Of a stretch of DNA of 27,348 bases, positions 7,997 to 16,212 are shown piece after piece. Every line of letters begins with the position of its first letter. Positions within the stretch are counted from its first letter, which is position 1. Origin of the DNA: a virus. Lineage: Duplodnaviria; Caudoviricetes. The stretch covers positions 1-27,348 of the IMG/VR virus record IMGVR_UViG_3300043610_000036, one strand, 5' to 3'. The position numbers were made by a program, and so were the translations under genes. The notes beneath the pieces are model-generated. The model had not been told where the DNA came from. It ran no database searches and was given only the letters and a program-made list of their open reading frames with translations.

Positions 7997-9597
7997 CCCG
8001 ACCCCAGCAGCTGGTAGCCGACGTTGATATCAGCATCGCTCGGGTTCTGTGGATCGGCCTTGACGCGCGTGCCGCGTGGCGCGTTGACGAAGTCGACGAT
8101 GAACTTGTTCAGGCTCTGGTTTGAGCTCGACGCAGTCACGCCCTGCGCCTGGGCCCCGATGCTGGCTCGCGCGGCCTCCGTCATGCTGGCGAGGTCCATG
8201 CCATCGCCGCCGAAAAGGAAATCTTTGGCGCCCTTCACCTTGTCGACGGCCCACATGATTTTATCGACGATGCTGCCGATGATTCCCCACGCCTTTTTGA
8301 ACACGGACGTCACGCCGTCCCACAGGCCGGTGAAGAAACCCGTGATGCTGTCCCAGTTCGCGATGATCTTCAGCGGGATGTAGAGGAACGGAGCCATCAC
8401 CAACGCGATGGCATCGGCTACCCAACCGAACTTCTCTTTGACCGCGTCCCACAAGTCGACGAAGAAGGTACGCACTCCACCCCAATCGCCGATCAGCGCA
8501 GCCGCACCGAGGCCGATCGCAGCGAGGCCGAGAAGGATCCACCCCACCGGCGTTGCCATGAGCGCGATGCCGAGCGAGACGATCGCCGAGATGAGCGGAC
8601 CGGCGATCACGCCGGCGAGCACGAGGGCGATCACCTTGAGCTTGGTGGTGCTGTCGACGAACGGACGGATGAAATTGACGATCGCGATGAACTTTTCTTT
8701 GAGATACTCGACCGCGGCCGGGAGTCTCTTCCCGAGTTCCTTCGCCCACGTCGCGATGTCCGCGCGGTGCTTGGTGAACCATTCGGTCAGCTGCTTGATG
8801 ATCCCCTCAAGCGCGGGGCCTAGTCCGGTAACAAGCGCAGCCTTGACGCCGGTGATCGACGCATTCAGATCCTTCTGTGCGTCGTCGACCGCGCCGGCAA
8901 CCTTCGCTGCCTCCCCGATCTCGGGGTTGGCCTTGGCGAATGCATCGGTCAGTTCCTTGATACCGGCCGCGCCCTTCGCAAGCATCGGCGCGAAATCGCC
9001 GTCGCCCATGGTCTTCTTGGCGAACGCCAAGCGCTCGGCTGGATTCGAGATCTTCGCCGCAGCCGCGGACAGCACACCGATCGCCTCCGCGTTGCTCTTG
9101 GACGCTACGAGCTGATCAAGCAGCGGACCTTGCACTTCGTCTTTGAGGAACTTGGCCAGCTTCCCCTTACCGTGCCGCGCCAGTCCGAGGTTCGTCAGGA
9201 ACGACTTCATCCCGTCGTCCAGCTTCTCGACGGAGACGCCCGACTTTTCCGCGGCGTATCGCATCGAGGCCAGGAACTCGACGCTCACGCCCATCGCCTC
9301 AGCCTTGTCGCCGAGCTCGTCGAACTGGTCGACGAGATGGAACATCCCGGCCACCGCAACGCCGACAACGCCACCGATCATGGCGACCTTGCCGAGTAGG
9401 TCGCCGATCGCCGAACTCACGCCCTTGAAGCCGCCGATCACGCTGTCGAGCCCGCTCTTTTCGCGCAGCTCCGAGAGCGCCTTACCGAAGTCGCGCGTCG
9501 GCTTCGTGACCGCGTCGAGGCGAGCGTTGATCGCCTTGATGCCGGCCGTCGCCTTGTCGATCGTGCTGATCGTTATGGAGAGTTTCGTATCAGCCAC
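7990..9597 (-). CDS. Tail tape measure protein (short, 535 aa)
   Basis: Position after the chaperone; Ala/Gly/Lys-rich helical sequence; hydrophobic segments and W/F-periodic repeats (NWDSITGFFTGLWDGV). Confidence 0.9.
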   Translation of the reverse strand: MADTKLSITISTIDKATAGIKAINARLDAVTKPTRDFGKALSELREKSGLDSVIGGFKGVSSAIGDLLGKVAMIGGVVGVAVAGMFHLVDQFDELGDKAEAMGVSVEFLASMRYAAEKSGVSVEKLDDGMKSFLTNLGLARHGKGKLAKFLKDEVQGPLLDQLVASKSNAEAIGVLSAAAAKISNPAERLAFAKKTMGDGDFAPMLAKGAAGIKELTDAFAKANPEIGEAAKVAGAVDDAQKDLNASITGVKAALVTGLGPALEGIIKQLTEWFTKHRADIATWAKELGKRLPAAVEYLKEKFIAIVNFIRPFVDSTTKLKVIALVLAGVIAGPLISAIVSLGIALMATPVGWILLGLAAIGLGAAALIGDWGGVRTFFVDLWDAVKEKFGWVADAIALVMAPFLYIPLKIIANWDSITGFFTGLWDGVTSVFKKAWGIIGSIVDKIMWAVDKVKGAKDFLFGGDGMDLASMTEAARASIGAQAQGVTASSSNQSLNKFIVDFVNAPRGTRVKADPQNPSDADINVGYQLLGSGW

Positions 9598-9739
9598 GGC
9601 GTTTTATCTCGGTCGCTCGGTCGAGCCAGAAGTGGAGATCGTCGACGTCCATGGCCCACAGTTCAGAGGGCTGGAAATGAAACACGTAGGCCAGAGCGCC
9701 TAGCGCTTCTTCCCACCCCCGAGGCATCTCGCGAAAAAA
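9590..9739 (-). CDS. Tail assembly chaperone -1 frameshift extension (P2 gpE'-like)
   Basis: The -1 frame after the slippery site reads REMPRGWEEALGALAYVFHFQPSELWAMDVDDLHFWLDRA, matching the FHxxPSELxxM..L..W motif. Confidence 0.85.
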   Translation of the reverse strand, partial: FFREMPRGWEEALGALAYVFHFQPSELWAMDVDDLHFWLDRATEIKRRG

Positions 9740-10032
9740 CCAAGGGCGAGCTCCAGCACCTCCGCGCCGTCCTCGTCCTCGAGCATCTCGAGAACCTTGA
9801 TCGGCTGGCCGCACATCCGCGACGCGAGCAGCATGAGCTGATCGACAGGCGGGACGCCGTCCACCTTCATGCCCTTGAGATCGCCCATGCGCCCGCGGCG
9901 GAACTCGAGCGACGCGATGCGCTCGCTGCCGAAGTCGACCGGGTGCGCCAGCTTGACGACGACCGGCCACTGCCGATCGGCAACCATGCGATCGGCGACC
10001 GCCTCGGCGTCGATGTTCGGCTCAGCTGCCAT
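9700..10032 (-). CDS. Tail assembly chaperone (Mu gp41/P2 gpE-like)
   Basis: ATG overlaps the tube stop (TGATG); VVKLAHPV...LEFRR.RMGDL; lies between tube and tape measure genes. Confidence 0.85.
   Translation of the reverse strand: MAAEPNIDAEAVADRMVADRQWPVVVKLAHPVDFGSERIASLEFRRGRMGDLKGMKVDGVPPVDQLMLLASRMCGQPIKVLEMLEDEDGAEVLELALGFFARCLGGGKKR
9733..9739 (-). promoter_or_regulatory. Programmed -1 frameshift slippery heptamer T TTT TTC
   Basis: GGT TTT TTC GCG near the chaperone 3' end; the -1 frame is open to 9590. Confidence 0.85.
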
Positions 10033-10397
10033 CAGCTGATCTCCTCGCCGTTGGCGCCTTCCCAGCGCACCGGGATCTCGGACTCCTCGGTGCTCGCCGT
10101 GCCGTCGCCCGCGAACCACGCATCGCGCAAGACGATCACCTTGCCGTTGCTGAGCGAGAGCGTGATCGTCAGGTCTCGACCGCTCACGAGCGCGGCGACG
10201 TCGAGGCTACCGCGATCCGTGATGGCCCCCTCGATGTAGCAGACCTGGGGCATCTCCTTGAAACCGTGGACGCCGTCGGCGCCGATGACGGCTTCGCGCT
10301 TCGGCCGTCCGAGTCCGTAGGACCATGAGCCCTTTGCATCGACGATCTCGCCGTTCACTTGCACCTGAATCAGTCCCGCTCTGCGTTGATCGGCCAT
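10032..10397 (-). CDS. Tail tube protein (Mu gpM family)
   Basis: REAVIGADGVHGFKE.P...IEG motif; directly follows the sheath; AGGAG RBS. Confidence 0.92.
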   Translation of the reverse strand: MADQRRAGLIQVQVNGEIVDAKGSWSYGLGRPKREAVIGADGVHGFKEMPQVCYIEGAITDRGSLDVAALVSGRDLTITLSLSNGKVIVLRDAWFAGDGTASTEESEIPVRWEGANGEEIS

Positions 10398-10409
10398 GGT
10401 CGTGTCTCC

Positions 10410-11891
10410 TTAGAGGCGGAACTGGATCTGCGCAGCCGTGACGATCAGCTGGTTGATGAGGTCGGGCGGCAGGAGGAAGTTGAGGCGGTTCGGATCCGAG
10501 GCGTCGCGCTCGACGACCAGGTCGCGCTTGAACTGGTCGAAGCCTTCGCAGAGCCCGAGCTCCTCGAGCTCGCGGAACCAGGTGACCGCCTCTGCCTTGC
10601 CGAGCTTCGGCGTGATAACTGCCTGCCCCGAGCCGAAGCGGGTGCCGTCGTTCGCGAGCTTGTGCCGCGGATACTTGAGCTGCATGCGCGCCTTGAACGA
10701 GTAGCGCAGGTACAGCAGCGTCAGCATCGTCGTGACGTCGAGGTACGCGGTGTCGTCTGCGCCTGCGGGACTCGTCTGGTACGTGGTGATCATCCGCTCG
10801 AGCTGGACGCCGCCGCCCGTGACACGCTTGGTGGGCGAGATGCCGTCGAACAGAAACAGGTTCCGCTCGTCGATCGACCACTGGTCTGTCTCGGCGGGTG
10901 CGATCGCGCGGGTGAACGCGAGCGTCTGGAACGGACGCGCCGGATCGATCGCGCCGTAGTACGCCACGAGCGCCGCACCCTCGGCAGCGAACTCCATCGG
11001 GGGCGTCAACGCGGACGCGCCGGGCTGCGCGAGGATGTTCGAGTGCGGCGAGTTGCGGCCGCCACCGAGCGACGTGTGCGCTGAGAAGTTGCCGGTCATC
11101 GACGTGATCGCGAGACCTTGCTGTTGCCGCATCGGACCGAACCTCGTTGCGAGCTCGGTCTCGATCGCGGTGAGGCTGGTCGCGTCGGTGTACGGGTGCG
11201 TCCAGATGTGAAACCACATGTCCGCCATCGCGGCGATCAGGGTCGTCAGCACCGGGTTGGTGGTGCCCGGCGTGCCGGTGCCCACCGCGGTGATCGTCAG
11301 CGTCACGCCAGCTGGCAGCGCCTCGCCATCGCGGAAGCTGTGGCGGACGTCATAGTTGTTGCCGACTGTTCCCTTGTGCCGGAACGTGATCGTCACGGTC
11401 GACGCGCCCACGCTCGCCGTCACCGGCAGGTCAAGCGCCGCGTTGATCGCGGCACCGATCGCCGTGGCGATGGTCGTTGATGCGTCGCCGCTGTTGACGC
11501 CGACCGTGATGCGCTCGCCGCCGAAGTAGAGCGCGATTGTGCCGGTCGCGGTCGCGGGCCCTGCCACGACGATCGAGCCGATCGCCGCAACGCCTGCGCC
11601 GTTGTCCGCGAGCACGCCGAGCCACAGCTCGGTACTGCGGTTCGAGGCAAACCACGCGAGCGCCTGACGGTGCAGCATCGAGCCGCGACCGCCGTACGTG
11701 ATTGCCTGGTCAACGCTGGTGATCTTGACGAGCGTGTCGGCAACGGCGGTTCCGGCGGCAACCTTCTGCCCGATGATCAGCGCCTTGTACGCGAGGATCG
11801 CGGGGCCTTGCTGCGCCTTGGAGCTGTCGAATTCGACGGCGACAAACGGGATCCTGAGGTTCGTCGGGACGGAGTTGAAGCTGATCGACAT
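10410..11891 (-). CDS. Contractile tail sheath protein (Mu gpL family)
   Basis: ISFNSVPTNLRIP..VEFD, GGRGSML, DPARPFQTL, YPRHKLANDG, ERDASDPNRLN motifs. Confidence 0.96.
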   Translation of the reverse strand: MSISFNSVPTNLRIPFVAVEFDSSKAQQGPAILAYKALIIGQKVAAGTAVADTLVKITSVDQAITYGGRGSMLHRQALAWFASNRSTELWLGVLADNGAGVAAIGSIVVAGPATATGTIALYFGGERITVGVNSGDASTTIATAIGAAINAALDLPVTASVGASTVTITFRHKGTVGNNYDVRHSFRDGEALPAGVTLTITAVGTGTPGTTNPVLTTLIAAMADMWFHIWTHPYTDATSLTAIETELATRFGPMRQQQGLAITSMTGNFSAHTSLGGGRNSPHSNILAQPGASALTPPMEFAAEGAALVAYYGAIDPARPFQTLAFTRAIAPAETDQWSIDERNLFLFDGISPTKRVTGGGVQLERMITTYQTSPAGADDTAYLDVTTMLTLLYLRYSFKARMQLKYPRHKLANDGTRFGSGQAVITPKLGKAEAVTWFRELEELGLCEGFDQFKRDLVVERDASDPNRLNFLLPPDLINQLIVTAAQIQFRL

Positions 11892-11893
11892 GG

Positions 11894-12097
11894 CTACTTC
11901 CCTTCACGCGTGGTCAGCGGTGCGATCGGCGCATTGCGGACCGGTTGGGCGGGCTCGTCGACGCGCACGATCTCGCCGGCACGCAGCCGACGGATCCAGA
12001 AGCTGTTCTCGGGGACCTCGCCACCCTCGGCGGGGAGCGCGGTCTTGGTGTGCGGATCGCGGATCACCACGTTCGGGTCGGTTGGCTTCACTCTCAT
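11894..12097 (-). CDS. DUF2635 / Mu gp38-like small protein
   Basis: VKP...IRDP....LPAEG.EVPENSFWIRRL..GEIV directly upstream of the sheath. Confidence 0.85.
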   Translation of the reverse strand: MRVKPTDPNVVIRDPHTKTALPAEGGEVPENSFWIRRLRAGEIVRVDEPAQPVRNAPIAPLTTREGK

Positions 12098-12648
12098 GGG
12101 GTCTCCTGCACGATGAATTCGTCGCTGGCTGGGGCAGTGGTCGGCACACCGCCGACGAGATCGTGGGTGGCCGCGACGCGGATGAGGTCGTCGAGGTCGT
12201 CGGCGAGAGCCGTGAGGTCAAGGCGGTAGGCCACCTCGAACGTCAGCGTCGCGATTGCGACGATCGGATCGCTCCGGCTATCGTCCTCAACGATCTCGAT
12301 CTCGGTGCCACGGAAATGCACCGAGCTGGCCCTGCCTCCCAGGTACGGGTCGGCCACCATGGCCGCGAGCACCTGTTCTTCCAGATCGTCGACCCCATCG
12401 TCCGCGGGATTCGCATCCGTGTGCGCGACCCATAGGGCCACCTCGAGCCGGAGTTCGTGAGCCTCTTCGGTGTTGGTGGATGAGGCTTCGATAACTGTGT
12501 CGGTCAGGGTGTAGACCGAGATCGCGGGGAGTTGAGATCTCTTGTGTGGCTCGATCCGTGTGGCCTTTACACGCGTCCCTGCCGCCGTGCCAGCGCTGGT
12601 AAACAGCGAGACGACAGCGTGGCGTATGAGCTTGCGCGGGTGCGCCAT
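12094..12648 (-). CDS. Putative tail terminator/completion protein
   Basis: HPRKLIRHAV start, LPAISVYT, DDLEEQV motifs; position upstream of DUF2635/sheath; start placed at the ATG after the promoter motif. Confidence 0.6.
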   Translation of the reverse strand: MAHPRKLIRHAVVSLFTSAGTAAGTRVKATRIEPHKRSQLPAISVYTLTDTVIEASSTNTEEAHELRLEVALWVAHTDANPADDGVDDLEEQVLAAMVADPYLGGRASSVHFRGTEIEIVEDDSRSDPIVAIATLTFEVAYRLDLTALADDLDDLIRVAATHDLVGGVPTTAPASDEFIVQETP

Positions 12649-12659
12649 CAACGTCGTCA

Positions 12660-12685
12660 GGATCACGACGTGCGCGCGCTGTCAA
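12660..12685 (-). promoter_or_regulatory. Putative late promoter motif, copy 2 (start of tail operon)
   Basis: TTGACA-N14-TGATCC-N11-ATG(12648). Confidence 0.8.
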
Positions 12686-12697
12686 CGTGGAGCTACG

Positions 12698-13051
12698 TCA
12701 CGACCAGAACAGGCGGACGCCTACCACTTCCGCCGCTACATTCAGAACGAACGTCGTCGTCGCTGGATCGATCGAGATTACGTCCGGGTCCGTGTTGTGG
12801 AGCCGTACGCCGGTGTCGCCGCCGATGCCCTTGAGCTTGATCGCGATCGCGTTGCTGGACGGCTTGACGATCGTGCAGGCCTTGGGCGTGGCACCGCCGC
12901 CAGGCGCCGTGATCGTGTTGTCACCGATCGCGAGCGTGACGATCTGAATCTGCGCAGGGCTCGCGAGGTTGATGGCGGCGTTGATGTCCTCGATGCCAGC
13001 GACATCGCCCGTGTACGTCAACGTGATCTTGCGCTGTGCGGATGCTGCCAT
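12698..13051 (-). CDS. Hypothetical small beta-rich protein (possibly virion-associated)
   Basis: Coupled to the upstream gene (TGATG); codon usage like its neighbours. Confidence 0.6.
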   Translation of the reverse strand: MAASAQRKITLTYTGDVAGIEDINAAINLASPAQIQIVTLAIGDNTITAPGGGATPKACTIVKPSSNAIAIKLKGIGGDTGVRLHNTDPDVISIDPATTTFVLNVAAEVVGVRLFWS

Positions 13052-13377
13052 CAGGTCACCTTCCTCAACGCGAGCACGATGCCGCCCATCCCGTCTGGAC
13101 GTCGCTCGATCACGCGGTAGTCGACACCGGCGATCGTCAGGATCGGGTCGTCGTCCTCGGGGTCCGTCGGCAGGTCGTCGAGCCGCAGGAACACCGCGGG
13201 ACCAGCCGCCTCGACGCCAGCTTCTGCGGTGCCTTTCGCGAGCACGTATTGCGCGTCAAACACGCCGGTCACGTCGACCGGGGCGCCGAGCTCGGGCTGG
13301 TATGTCACGACCGCGCCGCCGAGGTGACCATGCACCGCGCGGTCAGCGCGCTGCACCAGGTCGTCGAACGCGCTCAC
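13051..13377 (-). CDS. Head-tail joining/attachment protein (lambda gpFII-like)
   Basis: DRAVHGHLGG..VTYQP....VTGVFD...LTIAGVDYRVIERRPDGMG; synteny after DUF2190. Confidence 0.8.
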   Translation of the reverse strand: MSAFDDLVQRADRAVHGHLGGAVVTYQPELGAPVDVTGVFDAQYVLAKGTAEAGVEAAGPAVFLRLDDLPTDPEDDDPILTIAGVDYRVIERRPDGMGGIVLALRKVT

Positions 13378-13697
13378 CGTGCCTTGGGCGTCTTCGTGGG
13401 AGCAGCGGGCGCGATTACAGCAGGAGCAGGCGGCGCCTGAGCGATCGCACCGGCCGCGCCGGAGATAGATATCGAGAGCGACCGAGCGCCCCCGTCATCC
13501 AACGGCTGCGCATAACCGTTCGCGCTGATCGCCATCCCGGTTGACCCGTCCCCGTAGCTGTCAAGTTCCTGCTTGAGCACGGCCAGCATCAGCGAATACT
13601 GCTTCGCGTTGTCTGGATCGCTCGGCGGATCGCTCGCTTCGATTGCGGCAATGCACTCTGCCTTGCCGCAGCCGCTCACGCTGAACGCCCAGGACAT
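13374..13697 (-). CDS. Hypothetical protein with Pro/Ala/Lys-rich tail
   Basis: ATG 2 nt after the DUF2190 stop; its stop overlaps the next GTG. Confidence 0.55.
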   Translation of the reverse strand: MSWAFSVSGCGKAECIAAIEASDPPSDPDNAKQYSLMLAVLKQELDSYGDGSTGMAISANGYAQPLDDGGARSLSISISGAAGAIAQAPPAPAVIAPAAPTKTPKAR

Positions 13698-13699
13698 GG

Positions 13700-14086
13700 C
13701 TACCGGTTCACGTACGTTGCGGACAGCGCGAAGGCTGGATTGCCCGACAGCCGGACCTTGCCGGTTGTCTCGCCCGCGCCGCTGCCGACCGCCTCGACGG
13801 CGATGAAGATGCCGCCTTGGCCGTAGAAACCGACGGTGGCGGTGCTGGAAAACCACTTGTTCGTGTCGTCCCAGTAGACAGCCTGACCCACGGTCCACGC
13901 CTGCGATCCCACCTTGGCGTGCGAGTGCACGCCGGTGATGTAGCCGTCGAAGGTGGCGGTCGAGAGAACCGTCTCCTGCGGGATACAAAACTGGGCCCCA
14001 ATCAAGACGCCGGTGCCTGCCGTCAGGTTGGCAGGAGCGACGAGCGCATTGAGGACGTCGCCGGGCTGAATATAGCTTCTGGACAT
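13700..14086 (-). CDS. DUF2190 family capsid cement/decoration protein
   Basis: MSRSYIQPGDVL...APANL..G, GVHSHAK, AWTVGQAVYWD; directly after the capsid gene; AAGGA RBS. Confidence 0.88.
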   Translation of the reverse strand: MSRSYIQPGDVLNALVAPANLTAGTGVLIGAQFCIPQETVLSTATFDGYITGVHSHAKVGSQAWTVGQAVYWDDTNKWFSSTATVGFYGQGGIFIAVEAVGSGAGETTGKVRLSGNPAFALSATYVNR

Positions 14087-14111
14087 GTCAGTTCCTTTCG
14101 TCGAATCCGGC

Positions 14112-16175
14112 TTAGACGCCAGCGCAGGTGACGGCGCCTCGGTAGTCGATGACAGCCGTGCCGTAGTCGAGAATTACTTTCATCTGGATTCCGTCGTATC
14201 CGAACGATTGTTCAGACGTGATCGCCGGTGACTCATTGCCGTCGATGAATCCGACCGCGAACACCGGGTACAAGCTGGGGTCCGCGATCAGGTAGTGGCG
14301 CACTGCCGACTGTACAGACAGATACGGCGAGTCGACGACGCCGCCCGGGAACAGTCCGAGCACCTTGTTGGTGACGCCCTGTGCCTTGTTGTCGGTCGGG
14401 TCCGTCGTCGAGCTGTTGAACTGCTTGGCGATGCCGCCGAGCTCGGCAGGTCCGAGCCATACAGATGGACGCATCGCGATAAACTGATTCGCCGACGGGT
14501 CCTTCTGCTTCAGCATGACTGCTCGCGCGCCGTCTAGCGTCGCGGCGCTCATCACGCCAGTCGGCCCAATGTTGGCGCGCGTCGAGTGGAACAGCGCATT
14601 GGCGTCGTACAGAATGCCAAGCCCGGAGTTCGCGGTGATCAGTGCGAATGCGTCGGCCTCGACGGTGAACGCCGCTGCCATGCCGAGACCTGCCGCGAGA
14701 TTCTGGAAGGCTCCCAGGTCATCATTCACGAGCGCGCGGCGCGTGATACCGATGATGTTGCCCTTCGTGCCCGGCGTGAGCGTGCGCTTCTCGCCGTCGG
14801 AGATGTTCTTGTGCTTGACCTCGCCCGCCTCGGTGACCGAATCGAGCACGCCGAACGTTCCAGGCCGATAGAACGTCGAGGTACGGAAGTCCTGCACCGT
14901 CTTGCGGCCGCACCACAGCGGCCAGGTCACCGGCGTCAGCGCGTACTGACCGACGAAGATCTTGTTGACCGCCGTCTCGAGCAGGATTGCGAAGTCGCTG
15001 GTGGTGTTGAACCCGGAATCACCGCGGAACTCGAGCGCATGACGGATCAGTGCATCGCCATACAGCCCCTTGGTGGAGCGCCCACGGAGCTCGAGCCCGT
15101 GACGCGCCATGTCCGCGATGCGCATGCCGCCGAACTCGCCCGAGTCGAGCGAGACGCTCCTGAAGTTGTGAGCGAGCCGCTTGACCTCCTTGGCCTTGAG
15201 GATCGTGTCGGTGTGTCCGGACCGCTCGATGAGCGCCGCGACGCAGCCGCGAACGAACTTCTGACCCTTTTCCTCGCCTGCTTCGAAGCGGAGGTAGGGG
15301 TTGATCTCTGTGCCGTCGTCCTCGGCGAGGCTCGCGAGGATGAGTTCGCGGACCTTCTCGATCGAGGTCCCCGCCTTGATGAACTTCTGGGCGAGATCGT
15401 CGCTTTGGCCATGCTTGCGACAGGCGTCAATGATTTCACCGACGCGCTTGCGCTCGGCCAGCTGCGCCTCGTCTGCGGCCTTGTCGGCTGCGGCCTTGTC
15501 CGCCGCCTTTTGGCTGCGCTGCTGCACTTTCGCAGCCTCGACAAGTTGCTCGGTGGGGTCAGCAGCCTTGGGGGTGATTGTGGTCTCTTCGTCGGCCATC
15601 TTCGTCTCCTGTCGCGTCACGAAGACGCAGGGGTTTCTCTCGGCGCTCTCGGCACGAGCGCCTGCGCCAGCGTCTGCACCAACCGGAACAAACGAAATCT
15701 CGTGTGGCTCCCAGTCCGTCGCTCGCATCACTGGGATCTTGTCGGCTGCGTCCTCGATCTTCTCGAGCTTGTGAACGCGGTAGCCCACGCTCACGTTTCG
15801 GATGATCCCGTCTTTCACCTTGCGAAAGATCGCGTCGGCGTTCGGGTCGTCCTCGGCTCGAGCAAAGCGGACCTTCGCGACTCCACGGCCCTTCTCGAGC
15901 CGCGCTTTTTCGACGACGCCGATCACGCCGCCGAGCGCGGAGCCGTCGTGCGCGTCAAGCAGCGGAGCTCCACCGTTGAGGCGGTCCATGCGCACGTGCT
16001 TGGGATCGAGGGAGAGCTCCTCCCAGAACTGATCGAAGTATCCGCGGAGCACGCGCGAGCCGGTCGTCCAGATAACGTCGACGGTGCGCTTATTCTCGTC
16101 GAGGCTCTCGGGTGACACCGACGCTCGAAATGCGAGCGGGCCCACGTCCCGTGTCGTGTCGCTGCGCGTTGCCAT
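14112..16175 (-). CDS. Prohead protease-scaffold-major capsid protein fusion
   Basis: HK97-like protease motifs (RLNGGAPLLDAH, IRNVSVGY, WEPHEISFVPVGAD), a charged linker, then capsid motifs (TTSDFAILL, DFR, ITRRALVNDDLGAF, DYRG). Confidence 0.93.
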   Translation of the reverse strand: MATRSDTTRDVGPLAFRASVSPESLDENKRTVDVIWTTGSRVLRGYFDQFWEELSLDPKHVRMDRLNGGAPLLDAHDGSALGGVIGVVEKARLEKGRGVAKVRFARAEDDPNADAIFRKVKDGIIRNVSVGYRVHKLEKIEDAADKIPVMRATDWEPHEISFVPVGADAGAGARAESAERNPCVFVTRQETKMADEETTITPKAADPTEQLVEAAKVQQRSQKAADKAAADKAADEAQLAERKRVGEIIDACRKHGQSDDLAQKFIKAGTSIEKVRELILASLAEDDGTEINPYLRFEAGEEKGQKFVRGCVAALIERSGHTDTILKAKEVKRLAHNFRSVSLDSGEFGGMRIADMARHGLELRGRSTKGLYGDALIRHALEFRGDSGFNTTSDFAILLETAVNKIFVGQYALTPVTWPLWCGRKTVQDFRTSTFYRPGTFGVLDSVTEAGEVKHKNISDGEKRTLTPGTKGNIIGITRRALVNDDLGAFQNLAAGLGMAAAFTVEADAFALITANSGLGILYDANALFHSTRANIGPTGVMSAATLDGARAVMLKQKDPSANQFIAMRPSVWLGPAELGGIAKQFNSSTTDPTDNKAQGVTNKVLGLFPGGVVDSPYLSVQSAVRHYLIADPSLYPVFAVGFIDGNESPAITSEQSFGYDGIQMKVILDYGTAVIDYRGAVTCAGV

Positions 16176-16186
16176 CAAAGGCTTTG

Positions 16187-16212
16187 GGATCACGACGCCA
16201 CCATGCTGTCAA
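16187..16212 (-). promoter_or_regulatory. Putative late promoter motif, copy 3 (capsid gene)
   Basis: TTGACA (overlapping the portal stop)-N14-TGATCC-N11-ATG(16175). Confidence 0.8.

Noticed and set aside
3873-12648. Stand-alone tailocin/eCIS/T6SS
   Set aside because: Terminase, portal, capsid and cos are present and linked, so this is a tailed phage.
14586-16115. Long plus-strand ORFs (e.g. 14586-16115, 3801-5003, 2933-3886, 6879-7754, 21372-22301, 23445-24419)
   Set aside because: Antisense shadows of well-supported minus-strand genes, expected at this GC content; no motifs.
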